DNA of 62,907 bases, filler included, from Rhabdomonas costata (GCA_019059605.1; 39 parts of 39 records of this genome joined end to end with filler, not necessarily neighbours in it), one strand, 5' to 3'. Positions 51,706 through 62,907 are shown, numbered from the whole stretch's first letter. The notes: generated by a model not told the origin, from the sequence alone. Translations and numbers: made by a program.

Positions 51706-53200
51706 GTGTGTTTGGGTGTGGGGGTGGTCAAAAGAGGCCTCGAATCTGCCCTGACCAATCGGTTTTCGCAAAAAGAATACGCCGACCGCTTCGGAGATGC
51801 CCTTCATCCCAATCTCATGTACGACAAACAGGAAGCTCAAAGACACGTGAATGAGCTTGTAGCAAAGATTCAGGACAGCACGATTCCGTCCTACTTTTTC
51901 ACCCTTTCCTGCAACCAGGTACTATTCCCAGGGGTTTGCCACATTCACGAAGCCATGCTGCGATCGAAAGCAGATCCCATGGCGTTCGCATGCTTTCTCC
52001 AGCGGACTTGGTACCGTGTCAGCTCCCTGTTCCTCGAATGGCTTCAGCACGGAGAGGAAAAACCTCTCGGCACTGTCCGCCACCTCTGGGCAAGGCACGA
52101 ATTTCAAACAGATGTCGGCAATCTGAGCCACATTCACTGCTTCGTGTGGACTGAGGAAAATGTGGGCAATCCTAACCTTCCCACCTTCGAGGCAGACTGC
52201 GCTCGAGCGCTATCAAGGATAACAGCAACTATCCGCGGTGCCTTTGATAGCAGTCCCGAGAAAGAAGAATTGGAAGCCTTGGCCCAGGACATTCAAAATC
52301 ACCGGTGCACAAACAAATGCATGATTGACGGTTACTGCAGACACGGCGCGCCGTGGCCTGAGCACGATGCACCGGAGTACGTTCGAATGAAAGTTCACAT
52401 CCCCTCAGAGCTTCAGAAAACGTTCCTCCACTGCAAGCTAGCCACCTTAAATCCTGAGACAGGAGAATTTTTGCTGGACCCAGTTCTCACAGGAGGAAAG
52501 CATTGCCCTCCTCGTGGATTTGAAGGCAAGCGCGTGAGTCGTTTGAACCCACTGTGCTTTGAGCAGACCCATTCCCACCAAAATGTGCACGTTTGCAATG
52601 GGAGGTTCATGGCTGCGTAATTGGTCAAATACATCGAGGAAGAAGAAGAAAGGTGCGTCGTATCATTGAAGCCAAAGACATCCGACACCTGCCGTTCTTC
52701 TGTTACAGATCTCCAATCCCGAAAGCGGCGTAGTCACGAAGTTTCACGAGCCAGTGATGTTAATGGATGCCTTATCACTCTGACGGAGATGCTTTTTCAC
52801 TGTCTCGGCCTTTCCACCGTCATCTCAACATTTGAGCCCGTTCACCTGAACACAGGAGCACCGGAAAACAGATTTGTGACTCTGAAACCGCTCTGGCGTC
52901 CAGGAAGGCAATATGGTGCAGCTCAGAGCGATGACCCCAGCAGATGTGGAGCAGAACAGGATGATAATGGAGACTGGGTTCCGCTTCATCCGACGCGAGA
53001 GCCGCATCCTGACCAGGAGGTAACCCTGGCACGAGCTCACACATCTCGAACAAACCCCGACCAGGTCACTAAGTACGCCCTGAGGCCTCCGGAGTTGTAT
53101 CATTTGACGATAAAGCTGTACTTCAAGCACACCACTTTCCTTCCAGCGCACCACACACAAGATCCCACCAAAACACAGTGGGTTGAAAGGACTCACTCGC
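51706..53200 (+). mobile_element. Helitron Rep (HUH endonuclease) domain with one in-frame stop
   Basis: Motif I PSYFFTLSCN, motif II ARHEFQ...SHIHCFVW, QNHRCT..C....CR.G.P, and motif III [*]LVKYI (YxxKY). Intronless frame of ~500 codons. Confidence 0.9.
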
Positions 53201-55369
53201 TTGCAACCCAACCNNNNNNNNNNNNNNNNNNNNNNNNNNNNNNNNNNNNNNNNNNNNTTAATTAATTAANNNNNNNNNNNNNNNNNNNNNNNNNNNNNNN
53301 NNNNNNNNNNNNNAGGTGATTTGGAGAGATGGGTGCCGGGTGGAAAGGTTGTGCGTGCTGTCGTTTCCGGAGCGTATGCAGTGCTCGGAGTGTGCCCGAC
53401 ACTTCCATTCCTGAGTGCGTGTTTGATGTACGTGTGGGGCTTTGGGTTGCATTAGCACCGTCACCCTTTTGCTCCTCGGACCAGTAGCGCGTGTTCCAGC
53501 CGTCTTCCTCCCAATTGCGTGTTTTTTGGGTGAGTTGCCTGTCTGCCGGTGTTGGCTTGGTGTACTCACCAGCAACGCTCTGGGTTGAGGTGTGGTTGTT
53601 CTCGTGGCCACACGAGTGGTGCACAGTGGTGAGTTGTGCGCGTCGGATGGGAGGATCTTTGCACTTCTTCCATGCATTCTGTGATGGGAGTGTAGTGGGC
53701 GTGACAAAAGCATGCACCACACCCTACAAGGGTTTCTCGCCACAGTGTTGGGCGCCGTGTGTGGATGACACAGAGTTTCTTTCGCGCGTTTATGTACATA
53801 AGCCTGGGACACGGGTCTTGGCCTGTTGTATGGTGATCCGGCACCACACGTCTGAAAACAGAGCTAGAGAACCCTCCGTGCGTGCACACAGGCTGCGAGC
53901 GTCTTAGGCTATGCGCAGCTTTTCTTTTCTTTTCATCACCTTGCTCCTTCACGTGTGTGTTTCTTTTCTGTACTTACATCGCACAAACATACACACACAC
54001 ACGAACAAACATACATAAATGTCCCTAAGTCAAAGAATAAAAATGAGCTTTTTGCTGACGCTGTTCGCTCCAGTTCATCAGGTTTATATCAAATGAGTTT
54101 GATCGCCTTTTAGCGCCATGACCTACGGCCTTTGACCACCAAGGCGGCGCTCACGGGCCCGTGTGAATTATCTTGGATGTAGTGAACGCATTTCACTGGA
54201 CCTGGAGATGCTATAGGACGTAAACTTTGACATGCAGACAGTCGCGTCATTGGTATGAGCTCATGCTGTACGCCATGCCATGGCACGCCTTCTGCAATGG
54301 AAGGCTTCCAGTGAGCTTCAGCACAACGCAACGTCATAGAGCAGCTCTTCCACTGGTGCGTGTTGGCATACGAGCTTATCCTTGGTGGAAGTGGTCATCA
54401 GTTCCATCCTACATGTGAAAGTCTGCACCGGCATATTGCCGGCGGGGCGGCACGACGACCTGTCAGAACGCTTACGCGTATTGACGCGTATTGACAGCAC
54501 GTCGCCATGCCATCATCGAGTTCCTCCAGTGCTAACGCTGCCTCTTCGTCTTTGAGCACCCTGCCTTTGTGGTACAAGTGTTTCTGGCGACATCCTGGCC
54601 ATCACGAGCGCCACCGTCATTCAAAGTTGTAAGGAGATACACGCACAGAAACTACGCTGCCAAGTACGCCTAGAATTACGAAATGGTGTGGCACCACCTG
54701 ACGCTACCCGAGCATTTCCGCGAGGAATTCAAGTTTATTTTTGTGGAGTTGTCAATCAGCCTACAATCCATGAGCTGCTGATAAAAAGAGCGCTCCACCG
54801 CGGGTATTCTGATGCAGCACACACCCCANNNNNNNNNNNNNNNNNNNNNNNNNNNNNNNNNNNNNNNNNNNNTTAATTAATTAANNNNNNNNNNNNNNNN
54901 NNNNNNNNNNNNNNNNNNNNNNNNNNNNGGAGGTGTGTTCAGGGCCGAAGCTGTGCATCGGGGATATTGGTGTGATTTCAAGATGTAGTCGTCGATGTCT
55001 CGGAAATCGTTTTTCTTTTGCGCGTCTGTTCTATGTGGAACACCCTTGGCGCTGGACACTGTGTTGTGGTGAGCTGTTTTGTTGTCTGGGTTGTTGTGGG
55101 GAGCTAGTCATTCCTCAGGACCCTCCGCCCAGCAGTGGAGAAGGAATGGGCGGACCCCCCCCCCCTAAGTAGCGGCCACGGAGGCGGGAGAATCGATCAG
55201 AAGTCCCTGCCTGGAGGCAGGGGCTTCTGAACCAAACGAACTTGTTCGTTGTTCATGTTTGTTCATGCAGTGTGTGTGTGTGTGTGTGTGTGTCCGTCCG
55301 GGTGCAGAGCAATTTGAGCGGATGCACTCCGCGAGGGCTCGTGCCATGGCAGCAAGCTTCCTGGTCCCC

Positions 55370-56411
55370 ATGAGCTCCACCCCCTGCGGCGACGTCCCTG
55401 CGGTGGTTGTCACCGCGGTGGAACCCTCCAAGAAGAAGAAGAAGCACCGCCACCCCGAAGCAACGTCCTCCTCCACAGCTCCTGCCCCTCAGCCATCAGA
55501 GGGCGGAAATGGGCTCCGAGCTCGCGCCGCGGCACGGCTGATGCCTGGGCTTCTGGGCGCGCTTCCCCCGCTACGAATGGCTCCTTCGCTAAGCATCAGC
55601 ACAGATTCAGAAGGGGAGGAAGGGGCGGAGGAGGACGAGGAGCCCCGGTCCGCCACTTCGGACGTCAGTGTGGAGTCTGGACTCCGGTTCGACCCCCCGA
55701 GCCCCGGGTCGTCGTTCTCGTCGATCTCTCCGATCTCCCAGGGAGAGTCCAAGGGCCCTGGTGGGGCCCACAGCAACTCCCCTGCGTGGAGAGAGGGGGG
55801 GATGGTCAGGGGAGGTGTGGCCGACTGCTACATACCGCACGTATTTGTACCCATGGGCTGGTGCCACGAATAAAGTGAATTGCCACAAATACCCCCACTC
55901 TCAAAAAAACAAGAAGCCTAAAAACCCCAAGAATACATGGGAATTAAGCTCTGCAAACGGCTACGGGTGGCTACCACCTGGACCTCGCGGACTGGTGGGC
56001 GGTTGAACAGACGAACCAATGGACACGCGCAGTATTCACTTCACACCAATAGGACGTTATGGTCAGCCATAGTCTTTTGGCGGTGCGAAAGGAAAAGTAT
56101 CCAGAAACTCACCCCTAGAAAATCAGTGAAACGTAGTGCTCCTTCCCCCATCGATGGCCAGCGCCGCCCTTTGCCAGCAGCCCCTCCTTCCACGAGAGGG
56201 GTGTACGCCGCAACTTCCCGGGAGGTTCCACCGCAGCGGAGCAGGTGCTTCGGCTGATGACCTCCAAGTGGGCCAGCGCCCGCCCCGCCTTGTCCGGCCC
56301 CGTGGGCGTGAGCTGGAGCTCCGCGGAGGTGCAGCAGATGGTGCCCCTGATCCGCGCGCTGTGCGCGGAGGCCCGCACCGTGCTGCAGGGCCAGGCCTAC
56401 CCCATGATCAG
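55370..56411 (+). CDS. Probable PPP-family Ser/Thr phosphatase with a long low-complexity N-terminus (partial)
   Basis: A Ser/acidic first exon, then exon ~56245-56411 ending LIRALCAEARTVLQGQAYPMIR. That resembles the helix preceding GDxHG in PPP phosphatases; the catalytic motifs lie off-contig. Confidence 0.5.
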
Positions 56412-56543
56412 GTACGGGCACACCATTATCCCACCCCCACCCCNNNNNNNNNNNNNNNNNNNNNNNNNNNNNNNNNNNNNNNNNNNNTTAATTAATTAAN
56501 NNNNNNNNNNNNNNNNNNNNNNNNNNNNNNNNNNNNNNNNNNN

Positions 56544-58059
56544 TTTGTCGGCCTTCGAGGTTTTTTTTAAAGAAAAACGAGTGATCGATGGTTTTTTCGT
56601 CTTTTTTCGCAACAGCACCGTGGAAATGCAGCAAACGTGTGAACATTTAATGGTTCCCCCGCGTGTTGGGCCTACGGATGACCCTAACCGCGCCGCCGCG
56701 TTTGATCCGCAGCAAGGTCAGCAGGAAGGGATTGCGTTTTGAGAGCGTCCTGATCCACGGATTGCTGTCGGTGATCCGCGGCATCTGAAGCTTCAACGGG
56801 AAACATCAACGCCTGCTACGGCTCTAGCTTTTTTTCGTGTTGACGCAAGGGGAGAACAAACCAAACCAAAAATGGGCACCAAGGTATTTACCACCGAAAG
56901 TGGTATGAATGAAATGGAATTTCCATCTTTTCTGGAGGATCGGCTCTCGTAAAAACACCGATACTACCCAGTTCTATTCTCTCCAAATATGGCGATCCAA
57001 TGAGAACATCGGTGTTTCGAGGCTCTCCCTAGGATGCTGGTTCGATTGGGCGAAGAATTCGTGAAATAGTTCGGAAATTATCTCCGTACTTGTTGTTGGT
57101 CCTGTGCGGACGACCGCAGCAGAATGTAATGGGATGATCTCGCTGGAATGGAAACCTGGAAGCATCGTTTTGTGGAATTGTGCATGGATGTCGATCTTTA
57201 ATGTGTTTCTCGTGATATCCCTCGATCAAACCATGCCAAATGCAGGGGCGCTAGTGTAAAGGAAACGGCGGACTGACCGGCACCAACACACAAAAATGGG
57301 CACAAATGGAGCAAGTCCATGCTCTCGCTCTCTGTATGTTCAATAACCGGGGAACAGATAATCTCAAAATGATAAAATGATGATGCAACTAAACAATAAA
57401 AACGTATGACAAATCATGGTAGAATACATAAATAAAGGCACTGGAAAGCACAGGATCTTGCAGCACAAAATGGGATCTATGTACTATCAAAGGGCTGAGT
57501 TTTCTGCAAATTGCGTGTCATAAATCGTGGTCCTGCCTTTGGTTAGTGCAACGGGTCCGACCTGAAAACACCAAATCCGAAGATAGCGGCCCATAGAAGG
57601 GTACTGCTGCCTTTTATTGCAGGTTTTTGCGCTGTAACGGAACGTTTTAGAAAGGAACGCAAATAAAAGATCTCTGGGTTCTGTGCCTCTGTTAATGGCA
57701 GTTTTTTTTAGCGCCTGTGTTGGGCGCATCTTGAGGTTGTGGTGATTTTCCGCAGACCGATTCGGTTTTTATGTCGGCCGGCTCCAAATCAGAGGCGCTT
57801 TGTTTGCCACTGGTACGTTTAGTTTTGTGCTTTGTCGGCCTTCGAGGTTTTTTTTAAAGAAAAACGAGTGATCGATGGTTTTTTCGTCTTTTTTCGCAAC
57901 AGCACCGTGGAAATGCAGCAAACGTGTAAACATTAATGGTTCCCCCGCGTGTTGGGCCTACGGATGACCCTAACCGCGCCGCCGCGTTTGATCCGCAGCA
58001 AGGTCAGCAGGAAGGGATTGCGTTTTGAGAGCGTCCTGATCCACGGATTGCTGTCGGTG
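56544..58059. repeat. Contig with ~230-bp terminal direct repeats (56544-56773, 57831-58059): a 1287-bp circle or tandem unit
   Basis: The copies differ by one substitution and one 1-nt indel, and are rich in A/T tracts. Confidence 0.9.
57389..57487 (-). CDS. cox2: Candidate mitochondrial cox2 5' gene module (N-terminal ~32 codons only)
   Basis: From ATA at 57487: (M)VHRSHFVLQDPVLSSAFIYVFYHDLSYVFIV*. It aligns without gaps to the cox2 N-terminus (e.g. human [26 protein letters not shown]), sharing H3, LQD at 9-11 and HD at 24-25. It lies in an AT-rich island. The match is short and judged by eye. Confidence 0.45.
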   Translation of the reverse strand: MVHRSHFVLQDPVLSSAFIYVFYHDLSYVFIV

Positions 58060-58319
58060 NNNNNNNNNNNNNNNNNNNNNNNNNNNNNNNNNNNNNNNNN
58101 NNNTTAATTAATTAANNNNNNNNNNNNNNNNNNNNNNNNNNNNNNNNNNNNNNNNNNNNTTTTGGCGTGGACAAGAACAAAGAAGGCATTTTCTTTGTAT
58201 TGTAATTTGGGGAGCTGTACATCTTGGAACACCCCCCAGCTGCTAAATCTCCAGGTACCACGACTCACCAGCAGCAGGTCATTGGGGAGTGGCCAGGACG
58301 GCCGCCCTGATCAAGCGGA

Positions 58320-59330
58320 CGTACACTTCAAGAACATCAAAAGAAAGGTACGAGCTTACGTGCGTACTTGTGATTTGTGTCAGAGATTCAATGCGGACCA
58401 CCATTTGCCGAGAGGTCACACACAGGTTTTGGAGGTGCCAGTGAGGAAATGGGAATCTATATCGATGGATTTCGTTTCCATGCCGCCAGGTCAGTGGAAG
58501 TTTTCTGGTACAGGCTTAGAGGTGAACGAGGTGTTGACGGTTACGGATCGGGCAACCAAGATGGTGGTTCTGATACCATGCCACAATGAAATGAATGCTC
58601 ACGACATTGCGGAGTTATTTTGGTGGGAAGTGGTCAGACATCACGGGTTGCCGAGGAGTATTGTGAGCGATCGATATCCGATCTTCATGTCGTTGTTCTG
58701 GAGAGATTTGATGGCTTTCTTGGACATCCAGAGCAGAAGACCCTCACCATACCATCCACAGACCAACGGACAAGCAGAGAGAACCAATCAGACCATGAAG
58801 CAAGTGATGACCACGCTGATGTATTCGCATCCAGGCACAGGTAGGATGGACCTTTTGGTGTTGGTGGAGATTGCGATCAACAGTGCACCCATTGCAAACA
58901 CGGAGTACAGTCCCTTCTACCTCAACTACGGGTATCATTCAGTGTTTTGGTGGGATCTACCAGAGACCGAAGAGCCATGTCCAGGAGCAGCGAGAGCTCC
59001 AGTGAGATACCAGGTCAAGAGAATGAAGGCTATTTGGAAGAAGGTGCGGGAGGCATTTGAGAGAGAAAAGCAGAAGGCCGCAGCCTATGCCAATCGCAAG
59101 AGGGCAGATTACAAGTTCAGTGTGGGTCAGGATGTGTTGATCAGTAAGAGGAAGCATTACCAAGGGAGGTTTGGAGACCCACCAGGTAAGCTTATGCCAA
59201 AGGCCGTGAAACCGTTTACCATCATCAAGAAGATTACAGATACGACATTTGTGTTAGACATTTCTAAGTAAGTGCTGGGCAGAGCGCATCCGGTGTTCCA
59301 TTCAAGTGATCTAATCCCGTACGAGACAAG
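58320..59330 (+). mobile_element. Ty3/gypsy LTR retrotransposon integrase with an in-frame stop near the C-terminus
   Basis: YVRTCDLCQ, WESISMDFV (D), IVSDR (D), PYHPQTNGQAERTN (E), KPFTI (GPF/Y module) and HPVFHSSDLIPY. TAA at 59269-59271. Confidence 0.95.
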
Positions 59331-60149
59331 GGTGTTAGACCCAGTGGGAATGTTACCAGAGGATGAGGGTGATGGCGGTGAAGATGCGGAAGAAGGACCA
59401 GATGAGGATGGGGTCGACGATGGTTCAGCCCCACCCGCAGACGGAACTGTCAGGCCACAGAGAAGTTCAGCGAGCCCGACTGAAAATTCCGGAAGTGTGA
59501 GTCGGAGTTTGTCGGTAAGTTTAGAAGAAGAGGAAGAGTCGAGCGGAGAGCATACTCAGTTGAGAAGGCCTGATTTTGAAGAAGATGTCGAGGAAGTACG
59601 AGGGCTTGACCCGGTGTGGAGTCCTGACGAGGAGGAAGGTGCAGTAGTTCCGGAGAGTTTGGAAGTTCCACCCAACCNNNNNNNNNNNNNNNNNNNNNNN
59701 NNNNNNNNNNNNNNNNNNNNNTTAATTAATTAANNNNNNNNNNNNNNNNNNNNNNNNNNNNNNNNNNNNNNNNNNNNGTTGTTGTGGTCAACCGTATCTC
59801 GCAATTTCCTGTTACTGGTGCATGTCCCTGCAAATACTCTGCCTCCTGCACTCTTGCTCCTGCGGTGCACTTTAGAAAACGAAGAATGCAATACGAAGAG
59901 AGAAGTGATGTGGCGGCTGGTTTGTGGGTGCTTGCGAACCTCTTCGTGACAGCTGGGGATTGCCTGTTCTGGCTGTATTATGCAAACGCACCATGCGGAC
60001 TCTCTTCACGTTCTTGAGTTCCGGGTTTTCTCCTCAGCTGTTGCCAGCTTTGTTTCTCCGTGCTCGCGTTTATTTTCGATCGCCTTTGTGCTCGAAGAAA
60101 CATGTGTTGGTGTGTATCCTTGTGCCTGTTCATTGGCGGTTTTTTGCAG

Positions 60150-60862
60150 ATCTCTGCGTGGGTGCTGGGCGCAATGGCTGCCCGGCCCAACGTCACCGTG
60201 CACGTGGCCTGGACAGGCTCCTGGAACGACCCCCCGCTGGAGGACTTTGTCACCACTCAGCTGTGCAGCCTCGGCGTGGACGTCGTCAACGTCCGGACTG
60301 CCACCGTGCAGGGCCACATCGCGGCGAACCGACTGGGTAGGAGAGACCCGGCCCTCGCACACCCATTCGCAACAGTAACACAAGCACACCCATTCCCAGC
60401 AGTCAGCGCACCTTCAGCGGTGGATGGGCTTGATCTTCAACAGCTTTCTGGGAAGTTTTCAGCCGATGTCCGATGGTAAAAGAGGTGCATTCTTTTTCTG
60501 GAAACGAGCGGTTTTAAAACAGGGCCAATATTTCAATCTGGCACCTCGTGAGCTTTGATTTATAAAGTAAGGCTGTACAGAACTGCCCCGCTCCTGCCTT
60601 TTGTTTTTTTGGGTCTTCTCTTTGCTCACTTTCCTGTCGACCTCAAGGAATCATGAGCACGGGCTATTCCTCGGACTTCCGGATGGTCGCGGGGGAGTCT
60701 GTGTTGGTCTCCGCGACGTACACCTGGGGCGCGCTATACATTCCAGTTGCCATGACGGTGGTAAACCACACCTTTGCGGAGTACGTGGGCCCCGCCGGTC
60801 TCCGCAACTGGTTGCCTGGTTGGGATGCGGGCGCCGTGGCACTGACTGACTTATCCTTCATG
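60150..60862 (+). CDS. BMP/PnrA-like periplasmic-binding domain protein, exons 60150-60336 and 60648-60862
   Basis: ISAWVLGA...PNVTVHVAWTGSWNDP..E...LCSLGVDVV|GIMSTGYSSD...VLVSATYTWGALY matches the BMP family. The phase-1 GT-AG intron joins in frame. Confidence 0.85.
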
Positions 60863-62721
60863 GTGCGGGCTCGTTTTTTCGTCCCAGCAGCAGAAACCTT
60901 TATAGCGGCGTGCACCTTCACGGCAGTATTGCCCACATCTTGGCCCATGTCTCCCATGTTGTGGTCGCTTATGGTTTCTATGGTTATGGATCCTTTCCCA
61001 AGCGCGTGCACATGCAGTATGCTACTTTTCATGTTACGTTTACTGTCCCCAAAAACGGCGGCCTGGGGTCTGAGACAGAGCAAGTGGGAGATTGAGAGGC
61101 GCTGTACTTCCCGAGGAAACGCCGCGAACTCTCCGAAGAGGTCCTCCCAATGCCCTTAGAAGATCCCCTCCCGTGAAGGCTCCTCCGCTGGGGACGAACA
61201 GGAAAGCCAACCTCGGAGCAAGTCGTAGATGGCGAGAGGAACCTCAATAGAATGGGAGGCTGTACGGTGGCACTGCGCGACCACCAAACCCCNNNNNNNN
61301 NNNNNNNNNNNNNNNNNNNNNNNNNNNNNNNNNNNNTTAATTAATTAANNNNNNNNNNNNNNNNNNNNNNNNNNNNNNNNNNNNNNNNNNNNGTGGTGGG
61401 TGTGTTTGGGTGGTTGTTGTCTGGGCGAGGTAGCGATCGTGCTTGGTGGGACTCTTCAATATGGCATTCTGTGCGGCCCATTTCTGGCTGCTTTCCAAGG
61501 GTATGGGTGGGCGCCTTTCAGGGCCTATGCACCCCTGCACACTCCAGTTCTTTAACTGCTTAGCGTACTAAAGGAAGTGGGGCACACAGGTACAATAAGG
61601 TGACATGGCAACGGAGTGAAAAGCTTCTGTTGATAGTTTGTCTCGCTTCACCATCCACTCACCTATCCCCTCCACAAAAAATGGCAAGGGCTGTTCCTGT
61701 ACTTCTCCGGAACGGCGCCCCCTGCCGTTCCGTTTGAGGTTGGGGGCTCTCCTGCCCGCCCTTCCCCGGAGTGGTTTGTGGATGCTTGCGGCCCGCGACT
61801 GCTCCGCCAGAGCTCCCCTCCGCCCTCCCAGGCCTCGGCCCCTGAGAAAGAGGTCTCCACTGGTGGAACTGATACCCGGGCGGTCCCCCGTTGTCAGTTC
61901 CGCCTCCACCGCGTGGTGCCGTCCCAGGACTCTACCAGGTTCCAGGTCCACCGGTATGCCCCAGGGAAGGAAGCCGCACGGGAATGGCATGGAATTGAGC
62001 AGAGGATGCTCCGGAGCCTCCCCACATGGAGTCAGTGGACAAAGAAAAGAACAGAAGGATCGAATCGAGGAGATGGATTCAATGGGGTTGCGTAGCAAGG
62101 ATCAGGATTCCTGTAATTAGAGGTCTGAAAGTTCTCTGGCGGAGGTTGGGGGAAGGTGCGGAGGGGGCTAGAGCGCTCAACGAGGTCAGATAATGATATT
62201 TGTCACGACTAATGGAAGCAAGGGGGCCCAAGGTGCCAGGCGCCTAAGGGGGGATATGCAAAGAGCAAAAAGTTGGGGTGACAGGAATTAGGAATGTCCG
62301 GTCGTTTGATGTGTACGCGTACGTGGGGAAATGACACATTCACGCCAATGAGCAGCCGTAGAGCCAACACATCAACGCTTCACCAGGTGCGCAGAAGAGG
62401 AAGAAGGGCAGCACGTGGGACGCTCCAGCCACAGCGCAATATGCGTATGTGTTATTTCCTCGGGGAAAGAAGGAAACCGAAAAAGCATTATGCGTGTTGT
62501 GTGACAGAGTGCCTGGCCGAGTAGTGCTGCAGGCTCCTCTTCCCCTCTCTCCCGCAACTGCCCCCTTGGCGGGACACGGCCTGCCGTGGGTGCTGCTGGC
62601 CAGGGTGCTGCCTCCGCTGTTCCTGGAGTGGGCCTTGGGCAAGCTGGGCCCCAACGCCACCCGCGTCGTGTTGCTTGGGGAAGACCCTTTTCCTCCCGCC
62701 GAGGCCCGTGCCGCCTTTTTT

Positions 62722-62899
62722 GTAAGGGGGGGGGATCAGCACCAAGGTTTTGCCCGCGCATAGTATCGGCGGGAGCACGGGGTCGATTGCATGCCTCGCA
62801 CATCGAACTGACCCCGTTTCTTCCGGAAGCAATATTGGATTCCAAGAGCTGTGGTGTTGCGACTTTGCAAATACCTTCGTGCTGATCCCCCCCCCTTAC
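62722..62899. mobile_element. Short element with inverted terminal repeats starting at a putative GT donor
   Basis: GTAAGGGGGGGGGATCAGCACCAAGGT pairs with ACCTTCGTGCTGATCCCCCCCCCTTAC (one mismatch). Confidence 0.6.
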
Positions 62900-62907
62900 A
62901 AAAACAC

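Noticed and set aside
53314-54828. Possible retroelement or Cys/His-rich protein
   Set aside because: I found no consistent motif in any frame.
57244-57290. Kinetoplast minicircle conserved blocks (AGGGGCG resembling CSB-1)
   Set aside because: There is no GGGGTTGGTGTA CSB-3 at the expected distance or strand, and the match is too short.
43706-59271. TAA stop-codon reassignment (in-frame TAA in Merlin 43706 and 43739, gypsy 49820 and 59269, Helitron 52618)
   Set aside because: The expected residues differ (Tyr in two cases, probably Lys/Glu/Gln in the others). All cases are in transposons, and none of the host exons I reconstructed contains an in-frame TAA. Decay explains them better.
1-62907. 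Gene clusters or operon-like systems across the window
   Set aside because: The contigs are similar-sized pieces joined by artificial linkers, so neighbourhood across linkers carries no information.

Overview
This is not one locus. It is 39 unrelated contigs of about 1.5 kb joined by artificial ~100-nt N/TTAATTAATTAA/N linkers, so adjacency across linkers means nothing. Many contig ends carry G/T-only (5') or A/C-only (3') tails that look like whole-genome-amplification primer remnants. The DNA comes from an intron-rich microbial eukaryote with GC-rich exons and GT-AG introns (one GC donor). A euglenozoan origin (euglenid or diplonemid) is plausible but is my inference only. Recognisable partial genes: Timeless/Tof1, GDP-L-fucose synthase, a mitochondrial carrier, aldo-keto reductase, a SURP-domain protein, an R-S-E ADP-ribosyltransferase (frameshifted), RPB3/AC40, a STELLO/DUF288 glycosyltransferase, endonuclease III (NTH1), a Kelch+LamG protein, a CCHC zinc knuckle, dynein heavy chain, a mucin-like protein, bubblegum-type acyl-CoA synthetase, DNAJC13/RME-8, a PPP-like phosphatase and a BMP/PnrA-domain protein. 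Mobile DNA includes a Merlin transposase relic, Ty3/gypsy protease and integrase, a Helitron Rep and several MITE-like elements. The most interesting item is contig 56544-58059. It has ~230-bp terminal direct repeats (1287-bp period, so a possible circle) around a short AT-rich cassette that reads as only the first ~32 codons of mitochondrial cox2. This may be a minichromosome of a fragmented, trans-spliced or edited mitochondrial genome. All protein calls come from motif recognition by eye; no searches were run.
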